Shown: positions 55,029-64,000 of the stretch, in pieces | How the letters are laid out: each line of letters begins with the position of its first letter | Position numbering within the stretch: position 1 is the first letter of the stretch | Assembly: GCA_036867785.1 (NCBI GenBank) | Contig: CP145411.1 | Span: 372,001-436,000 of the forward strand | Direction: 5' to 3' | Source: Plasmodiophora brassicae | Taxonomy: Eukaryota | Length of the DNA stretch: 64,000 nt | Position numbers and translations under genes: made by a program | Notes under the pieces: model-generated | The model's input: only the letters and a program-made list of their open reading frames with translations | Databases searched by the model: none | What the model was told of the DNA's origin: nothing

Positions 55029-55375
55029 AACACCCGGCATTGGCACCAGCGAAAAAGGCTTCCAACCCTGTCAACGACTCCCCAGCCGCGAACGAGGCTG
55101 GACACGCACGAGATGTCAAACAGATCACGAACGACGATATCACAGTCGGCTATTCGCGCACGGAGGAGACGTAGGTCGTCAGATACGGCGCTGTCCAGGA
55201 CCGAAGGTTGAGCGGGAGTGCATCTATTCTATAGCGGGTTCCGCCGTTCGTTGGCTGGGCGACAAAGTCACCGGCGGCGGGTTTCGCGGCCACTGCGACT
55301 GTTTTGCGGTGGCGTATCGCAGGTGGAGAGGTCACCCGGGGGTAGCAGCTGGTCTCTGCACGGGATGCACCGCTG

Positions 55376-58300
55376 ATGGAGACGTTCCGATCACGGCCTG
55401 ACGCGGTACGAGAACCATCGGAGTGACATGGGATCATCAGGGATTCACTGGATTCGCAGTCCAAATGGGCAGTAACGCCGAGCAAGGCGTCGGCGCCGGC
55501 GGCGTCGCCTCCAAGGATACCGCGATCGCTCCTTGTGAATCTTAATCCTGAGCAGCTGCGAGCGGTGAAATACGATGGCGCGTCGCCATTGATTATTGTG
55601 GCCGGTGCTGGTAGCGGGAAGACAGCGACGCTGACTATGAGAATAGCCGACCTGATTTCCACCCGGCATGTCAGCCCGGAGCAGATACTGGCGGTCACGT
55701 TCACAAGGAAAGCAGGTACAACGTTTGGAGTCGTTACGGGTTGGGGTGTCGCGTCGTAATCTCTACTACCTAGGCGACGAGATGAGAGCGCGACTCCACA
55801 GTTCGGGATTGGGAGCGCTAGCCGGCAGAGTACGGGCCTGCAACTTCCACCAACTGTGCCTGAGCATTCTGAAAGAACACTTCCGAGACGCCGGGTTTGC
55901 ACAGACGCCGCAGGTCCTCAGCCGTGATACCCAGCGTCGCATCGTCCGGGAGGCAATCCTGCACTGGAAGACTGCTCACAAGTCGGACAGACTCAACGTC
56001 TGCTCGTTGCTCAGTCACGTTTGGTCTGCACTCCGCCTCATTGCGCTTGCTAGGTTGGGGTCACCGTTAGCGATGATGATATGTCGGACGCGTCGAACGA
56101 AGGCGACCGCGATAAAGCGTCTCCGGGCGTCTCTACCCGCGACATCAACTACTTCTGTGATTTCATTGGGAAAGCAAAGGCTCGAAGACAAAAGCCGAAC
56201 GAGTTCGTTGATGATCACGCCAATATCTACGCGCACTACCTTCAATCTCTTGTAAGCGTCGCTTTTCTTGCACGTGCTCTGTACTGGTATTGAGCATTAC
56301 GACGCCGCAGAAAAGTGGAGGCCAACTTGATTTCCAGGATTTCGTTCCTCTAACGATTCGGTTGCTGAAGTGTCGTCCGAACATACTCCATTCGCTGCGG
56401 CAGCGCTGGCTCCACATCATGTCAGTAACCTGGAACTTTCTGGTGTTCAACGGAACGCTCATAGGTGTGCAGCGTCGACGAATACCAGGACGTTTCAGAC
56501 GACCAGTTTGAACTCATTCAACTGCTCGTTGGCAGTTCGGGGCACCTTACCGTCTGCGGCGATGACGATCAGTCGATCTACGCGTTTCGCTTTGGTACAT
56601 CACAAAGGTACCTTCTGCAATGCTTGTGCTGCGTGCGTCAGGTGCTGAGTAACGTTGCAGTTTCAACTTGCTGAAGTCGTCGTACCCTAAGCATGAACTT
56701 GTTATGCTGACGGAGACATACCGGTCATCTCCTGAAATCGTCCAGTTGGCTTCAAAAGTCATTAACCACAACAAGAATCGGACTTCAAAGGCCATCGTTA
56801 CCACGAAACCTAGTTCCAGCCCTGTCATGGTAACTACCTGAACAGCAGGGTTGGAGGGTCTCCTCAGGACTGACTCGTGCCATTCAGTTTCGTATTTGTG
56901 GTGATTTTGGTGCGGAAGTTCGCGACGTTGTATCCCAGATTCGAAGGCTCGTCGACGTGAACCACATGCAGTATTCAATTCAATTATTTCTGGTTGGTGA
57001 AGTCGTACTTACTCGGTACATTGCTGCCCACGTAGGCTCTCCGATATTGCCATACTCTGCAGGACCCGCTCCCCTTTGGTCTTTTTCGCGAGAGCACTAC
57101 AAGAGGTCGGTATACTAGGATGAATTAACGCATTCTTATAATATTCAATGGACGTTTAAAGGCGCTGATTCCTTTCGAGGCAGCTCGAGACGAGAAAGAA
57201 ACTAGTGGACGTGAAGCTAAGCAGAGCAAACAGGTCCGACACAAGGTATCATATACGTTCCGAGTTAGACTGAAGTCGCGCCAGGTCCTTGATATGATCG
57301 CATATTGCCATTTAATCTGCGATCCTCCTGTGCGGCAAGAAGAGGTAGAACCGCAGTTCATGACATGAAAGCACACTGGATTTAACGCCATCTAATGCTT
57401 AGATCGACGCGGCGTTTCTTCGGGTTGTTAACGTTCCTAAACGCCAGATTGGGAAATCGACAGTTGATATGATTGTGAATAAGCAAAAACAGCAGAAAGA
57501 TATGTCACTTCTCAAGGTGACGTTCCTATCTGATCGCGATGCACGTCTTCGCCTAATCAACGTGCAGGTGGCATCTCGTCTTATTTCCTCTTCTGATCTG
57601 CCCGCGCGTGCCCGGAAATCGCTGAGTGACTTTCTTTCTCTCATACGCGTTTTAAAGTCACAGTGCCGGTCGAAGCCTAATGTTGAAACCATAAAGAAGA
57701 TTGATGCAGGCACAGGCTACTCTGCGAAGACGAAAATGAAAGGTTCGTCGGCAAACTGTATTTCGTTGACATTCACTTACAGCGTGTCCGTTCCCAAGGT
57801 GACCTCATCGGGCTAATTGAGGTTGCGCAGCGAGCCGACCATGCCAAAGCAACGTTAGCAGAAATGTGCGAGATGTGCAAGGCATCGCCCATGACGCCAG
57901 CCACGTCGCGAAACGCGGTAACGCTATCGACCATCCATCAAGCGAAAGGCAAAGAATGTGAGGGCAGTTTCCTCATGAATCATCTTTCACTCCTGACTCT
58001 ATCATAGGGACGTGCGTGTTTGTCGTCCAATTCAACGAGGGTGTCATCCCCGTCGAGTTCAGAATCACTGACCAAAGCCACGTGGCTTCTCCTAAGGTCG
58101 GTACTGTTACGTTAACCATGGGAATAGCACTGATTCGTCGTAGCAAGCATCGCAAGAAGAGTTGCTGCACCAGTCCCATGAGCACATAGAAGAGGAACGA
58201 CGAATCTGCTACGTTGGACTGACGCGCGCTAAGACACATCTGTTTCTGAGCGCAACGAAGATGGACGCAAAGGTGACGTTTCCACAGCACCTATTCTTGT

Positions 58301-58865
58301 ACATGTGGCTAACATTAGCATCTAGGGGAGTAATTCTGTTCCATCTCGGTTTGTTCAAGAATTTCCTGAGCAACTGGTTGCGCCTTGGCCAGGAGCCGCC
58401 AATGTACAGTGCACCACTCCCAAAGCGCCACCACACTCGGAATCGTCAAGGGCGCCCTCGTCTGCCGAGGGCCAGCGAGCGCTTGCATCGGGCGCTTCAA
58501 AGCCGACTTTTACCGGATTCCAAACCGCCGCTTCTTTGCGCGGCCAGCAAGGCCTTCAGCCAGCCGCTTCGGCTCCTAGTCAGCCCTTCAGGCCGCCAAC
58601 TCTGCTGCCGTCAGGTTCTGCATTTCCGACATCGGGAGGTACATTCCAGGCGGGAGTCAGGACATTGTCCCAACGTATGCCTATGGCTACTCCCAGCGCG
58701 CGACCCATGTCCTCATATCAGCGCCTACAAGAAACGTCTAACCTGCCGCAGCAGGTTCCAACAGCTGGGCCAACTGGTCAGTCTGAGCGGCGTCCAAATG
58801 ATGTCAAGCGTCCTGCACCCGTGATCAGATCCTTCGTCCCTCCATCCAAGCGTCACTTTATTTGA
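55376..58865 (+). CDS. UvrD/PcrA/Srs2-like SF1A DNA helicase with a low-complexity C-terminal tail, multi-exon; start approximate
   Basis: LNPEQ (Q motif), [64 protein letters not shown]. Confidence 0.92.
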
Positions 58866-59089
58866 TGCTGGCTAACCCGGCCTGCCATGGGATTCCATAT
58901 TTATCTACTACATGATCAGGTACCTATGTATGGGAGTAGGCCTCGTTGTCCTTTCCGAGTACAGGAAGGGCACGCGCTCATCGACTGTTGTCACGCTATC
59001 CCGCCGAGACCCTCCCTGCCTGACACGCTTCTGCTGCTCAGAAGTCATTCAGCCCGTCTGTTTGAACAGCACAGCTCACATCGCTGACC

Positions 59090-59598
59090 ATGCCGGTCCA
59101 CTCCAAGTCCCCACGTGGCTCGCCGCGCTCAAACCGCCAGACCGCCAACGCGCTCAGCGAGTTCGGCTTTGTCGAGAAAACCGCCCATGACGAAGAGCAT
59201 CGTTTCCAGCAGGGCAAGCAGCAGAACGCCCCAGCCTCCGAGAAGAACCTACACGTCCGGCCCCAAGGCCGTAAAGGCATCCACCAGAGCCCCCGCGGCA
59301 AGTCTAAGTAAGAATGGCGCGACCTGTCCAGACATTCTACGTAGATGATCCCCAATACACTGACAACGCTTCTCTGGCCTGGTTGGCGGACGCGACGCCC
59401 AGTCGAGGCGCGTTCGGTAGTCTCGAGACAACAACACGCTCTGTACATTCTGATTCATTTCAGTGGGGTCGTATGTCGCGTCATATCCGAGCGCCTGGAA
59501 CGGGAATTGCAGAGCGCCGCCTTCTGATGCGACATAATGTCCAGTCGACTATCAAGGCACTCGCTGCTGGAGAGGATGCATTCGGCAGGCACGCCTAG
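59090..59598 (+). CDS. Possible small hypothetical protein (two adjacent ORFs, structure unresolved)
   Basis: ORFs 59090-59311 and 59314-59598 have protein-like composition; no recognised motif. Confidence 0.35.
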
Positions 59599-59624
59599 CT
59601 GGCACATAATGCAACCTAAACGGG

Positions 59625-60636
59625 TGTCAGAAATGAGTCACCAGAGTCGGCTGGTCGAAAGGCGCACCTCCAGCCCATTGAAGCGTATTCGCTGGGAAGC
59701 CCACTGAGTGGCTGGACAAGAATGGAGCCAGACCTGCAGGTTCAGTTAGAAATGATAACCCCATCCCAGTTGACATGATCACCAGTAAGACGTCGTGTGG
59801 ATGCATGACCTGGTAGAAGGTTCCTTATCCGTTCCATCAGCAGTTCGCGAAGTCCAGGAATCATAGCAACGCCGCCGATAACTAACAAGGATCCAGCCAG
59901 TTGTTTGCGTTGGTCCAGTGGACACACCGACAGGACATCCAGGATTATGGGAACGACTTCGTCAATGTAGTCCTCGATGGCCGACTGCATCTCTCGGAAC
60001 GTAACGCTGCAGGACACAGTGCCCTCACCACTCGTCAACGGCACGATTCGGTCAAGACCATCCTCGTCAGCAACGCATCCGAATTGGACAAAGAACTCGA
60101 CCAATGCATTGTCAGACGGAGGTGCGTTGGGGCAGACGTGACGGAACGTTCTCAAGAGGCTGGCCGGATCCACAACTCTGCAGCCTGACATGACACACCC
60201 GAGCACAACAGGGGTGACCTGATAAAGGACACCTCATTCAGTGCCGATGGGAAAACTCTGACCCGAACTAGACGCTCACTGTTGTACGACGATATGAAAG
60301 GTCAATTATGATGGCGGTATCAGTTTGCGAGGCGTACATGGTCAGGATCGGCGCAGGTACAAACGCGACCTGCTTTGCACCAAACGACACAAGCGCGCTG
60401 GCGATGCTCCGTTCGAAATCCCTGGGCCAGTCGACGTCCCAGCAAACACACACGCTGGCGTCCCTTACCGACGGTATGTGCCCGAGACGATACAGCCTCG
60501 ACAAATGCCGCCTCACATCACGACTGTGCCGATCGAACCCAGCATCCGTCACGACGTTCATAACGGCACCGTCTGACGTGCCGAACTGGCAAACCCCATC
60601 GCCGATCACAAGCACGACCCACGATGAAGGACCCAT
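59625..60636 (-). CDS. Divergent actin-related protein (ARP10/Arp11-like), multi-exon; 3' end approximate
   Basis: VVLVIGDGVCQFG, VAFVPAPILTMYASQTDTAIIIDLSY, CPLDQRKQLAGSLLVIGGVAMIPGLRELL, WAGG. Confidence 0.75.
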
Positions 60637-60885
60637 CTAATGCCGCGCACCCCGAAATTAAACGCCATTGCAGGGGCTCTGGGGCATTGGACGAGCGGCT
60701 ACCTACTGGCAGGAGTTAACCATGAGGGTCGTATACGATAACTGCTAGTTCCTTGACGAGGGAGAACTGACGCAACGCAGGTCGCAGACTGGGCACACGA
60801 TTGCTGGTACGAATGGTCGCGGGAGCAACTCCTGTCGCCCCATGACAGGTCTGCCGTCTGGGTTCGTAACTCCGTGATTGTGGCA

Positions 60886-61531
60886 ATGCATCGCAGGGCG
60901 CCGCTCGTTGCGCATTATGCCAGTGACGACGACGAGGAAGACGACGTCGTTGACGAGGCGGCGGTTCCGACCGCGCAGGACGAGGTGCAGGTAGGCGCAC
61001 GTCCTGAGGATCCGGTGACGGCGCGTGACGACCGCGCGCGGTTGTTGTTGCCGCCGTCGCCAATCGGTGAAGCGGATCCCGACGTGCAGGAGAACATCCG
61101 GCAGTGCATCGAGCACCAGCGCCGAGGGCACAATTTCAACGCGTCGCTCCGTGCCCATGAACTCTTCATCAACCCATATATTCTGGAGACTGTCGCTAAG
61201 GTTGAAGGCATCGTATGTTAGCGGTTGGTTACCGGTTAAACCTGAGCATGGTTTGCTATAGCTCTATGGCATATACGAACATGGGACAAATATGCCCACG
61301 ACTATGCACGACCCGAAACGGTTTGCTGACGATGAATACTTTGACAAGCTGGCCGAAACGCGCGATCGGTTGGATGCCGACAGACAAGAAGCTGCGAGAC
61401 AGCGGGCGCTGTCGAATGACCCCAACCGATCCATAGAGTTCACGGCCGCATCTCAATCGCGAGCAACCCCTCAGGACGCGTTACGAAGGGCCAGGGCGCT
61501 TGCTGCGCAATACTCCCAGACGCTACGATAA
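60886..61531 (+). CDS. HCNGP / SAP30-binding-protein-like protein, 2 exons
   Basis: YASDDDEE, LLPPSP, HNFNASL..FINPYILE, GIYEHGTNMP..DPKRF..EYFDKLA. Confidence 0.82.
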
Positions 61532-61872
61532 ACCACGTCGCGTATGCAGGCCCAGCGTCTCCTACAGTAGCAACTCCAGACGCAGACGACGGGACGAGAT
61601 GCGCCACACTGTGCTCGACGTCTCAGAGCATGTCGATCGCGAACCGCTGGTACGCCCCCAGTCAGAAGATTGCCAACCGAAGCGACGTGCTGGACGATTT
61701 CGTAATCGGAGACAGAGACCATGAATCTCAAACAGTGTATGTTGCTATCGTTCTTAGCGGCGATTTAGATGCATCGTTGTGTTAATCATCATGCCATTGC
61801 CGAACAGAACGGCTGTCTTGAGCAGGTGTCCATGTGGACGCGCAGCAGTTAGGAGCATATTGATGTTCTCGT

Positions 61873-63060
61873 CTACGAAACCGAAGCAAGCTTCAGTTGC
61901 AACCGCTGAATCATTTCATCCTTTGCGTTCAACGCCTCTTGTAGACGACCGATAATGGGCGACACAACGCGAACGAGCGGCCATTCCAGCAGGTCGGAGA
62001 GTGAGGGTCGAGACTCGGGTTTCGCCGCGGTCATTGCCCGTACCATCGTCGCCACGTCGGGGAACTCACTGGTCCAAGGCATTGAGAGCGCCCCAGATCG
62101 AACGTCATTGAAGGCAAGCGCACGTTCCATTCCAGTCGAAAACGATGAGAACAGCTCCATCAGGCAGAGGCCCAGCGAGAAAACGTCGCCCTGCATCGAT
62201 GCATTGTTCTCCGGCGGTGAATATGATGCTGTTCCCAACACATGCGACGACGAGGCGCCGCAATCGCCGAAATCCCCGATCTTCACAACGCCGGACGTGT
62301 CAATGAACGCGTTGTCAGGTTTCACGTCATTGTGGACAACGCCGTTCGTGTGCAAGTGCTGAACACCGCGAACCATTTGACGGAATATGTCCAGCGCCTG
62401 TGCAGGATTGATGAAACTACCGCGCGACGTCATCCATGTTCGTAAGGTCTCCTGGCAGCACTCCATCTGAATGAACAGGACATGGGACGCCGCTGCAAGT
62501 CCACGCGACAGAGACGACGATACTGAAAGGCCGCCATCCAGGCGGCCTCGCGCGGAGGACATGAATTCGAATAGCGCCAGCGTCAGTTTCTCGACCCAGC
62601 AGGAAAAGTATCGCACGAGGTTCTCATGTGGGGGAACCCGAGCCATTGTCTGTACCTCGCGCAAGACACGCGCCGACTCGGACGACCATGAGAACGGGAT
62701 GCACTTAATCTGTTCGCACACCCATCACTACCGGTTACCATGTCAGCACTAACGCAACCTGACAGCATATTGTTGCAGGTCGAGACGATTCGTGACCTCG
62801 TAGACGACTCCGTTGGCGCCAACGCCAAGGTACTGGACGAACGTAAAGTGGCCGAACGCACCGGGTGCCGTATCACAACGCGTCGGCGTCGCCGCTTTGT
62901 GCACCGGTACGGACGGTCGTACGCTTTCCCGCACCGAGGCGCCCGGCCCCGACGGAACCGGGGTCGCGACCGCCGCACCGGACGCGATCGCCGGCAGGCG
63001 GTTACCCGCTCCCACCAGGCACGCCCGGGACAACGCCGAACGCGACCCCGACGCCAACAT
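61873..63060 (-). CDS. eIF2-alpha kinase-like (PEK family) protein kinase, 2 exons (intron 62710-62763)
   Basis: LGVGANGVVYEVTNRLDLQQYA|IK, VLREV, HENLVRYFSCWVE, LFIQMECC, HNDVKPDN, KIGDFG, GTASYSPPE, DVFSLG, TGMER. Confidence 0.85.
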
Positions 63061-63313
63061 CGGCCCCCTGTTAGACTAGTGGCGGGGTTCGACCGACCTG
63101 GGCCCCCCTGGCCCAGAGTGGGGGGTTCCTTTTTGGACATCCGCATGACAGTGACGACTGACGCCACATCATGCGGGACTGCGACTGGCACGTCCCGGTG
63201 GTCAGGTATGTAACGCGGATTCATCTCAGGCCACAGTGCCAAGCAAAAAAGGGGGACGTCCCTGACGAGTGGCGACGAACGACAGAGATGCTGCCTGCCG
63301 TCGGCAGTTCATT

Positions 63314-64000
63314 TCACTTCTTGTCGAGTTGGAGGTCGCGGGACAGGAACCGGTGGACGCGCAGGAGGATGTCCTCGAACGGGTTCGGGTACCGCGTGCA
63401 GGCCAGGGCGATCAGCAGGTCGATGAACTCGGGGAGGAACATGCGGCGGTCGCTGTCGGCGTGCAGGTCGATGATGCGTTCGCCCATGCGCAGGATGTCC
63501 TCGATGGTGAAGCCGTGCGCGTGCAGCTTCGCGTCGTAGAAGAACCGGTTGACGTCGTCGATCGACATGGACGACGATAGCATGCCGAGCTGGTCGACCT
63601 TGGCGGACTTGCCCGTTTCCGCCTTCACCGCCAGTCTGTTGTTGCTGAACTTCTGGAACATGGCCATGATCGGTCTGATGAACGGGCGTAACGTTTGCAG
63701 GAGGTGCGACGCCCGTCCCTCTGTCTCCAGTGCTCGCTTCCCGTATACGACAATGAAATTCTCGATAACGTTCTGAAGACGCAAGCCCAGCTCCGGCCTG
63801 TCGTACGGGTGCAGTTTGGCGATCTTCACCAGCAGGTGCACGAATTGTCGGACGGTGATCTCCGTCCTCAGCTGGACGTTTCCATCGGGTGCGACCTCTT
63901 CGAACAGCTCCAGCAGCTTCACCGGCGTCAGCGCCTGTGACAGCAACTTCGAATCCTTGGTCAGCATCCTGTAGCGGGGGGTTTAACTGCTTGCCACCAG
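63314..64000 (-). CDS. 3' part of a hypothetical protein; gene continues beyond the window
   Basis: 217-aa ORF preceded by an acceptor CAG near 63970; helical motifs ITVRQFVHLLVKIA and MFLPEFIDLLIALA. Confidence 0.6.

Noticed and set aside
55376-58865. Recent bacterial horizontal transfer of UvrD/PcrA
   Set aside because: The gene has many host-type introns and eukaryotes have Srs2-like SF1A helicases. There is no evidence for transfer without a phylogeny.

Overview
Compact, GC-rich eukaryotic genomic DNA with many short (about 50-62 nt) spliceosomal introns. The style resembles a plasmodiophorid such as Plasmodiophora (inference, not verified). Protein genes: two divergently oriented paralogous giant secreted Cys-rich GCC2/GCC3-repeat proteins with IPT/TIG domains, DCC1, an axonemal dynein heavy chain, a small secreted GPI-like protein, a Methyltransf_16 methyltransferase, a SUV39/G9a-like SET protein, RPL12, a thiolase with a PTS2-like signal, a GGCT/AIG2-like protein, a UvrD/Srs2-like helicase, an actin-related protein, HCNGP/SAP30BP and an eIF2-alpha-type kinase. 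The most unusual structure is non-coding. Four identical 120-nt 5S rRNA genes are dispersed among the protein genes. Two of them form a 1000-bp inverted cassette (300-bp arms, 400-bp spacer) right where the second giant surface-protein gene breaks off. A gag-like foldback with about 200-bp arms lies next to another 5S copy.
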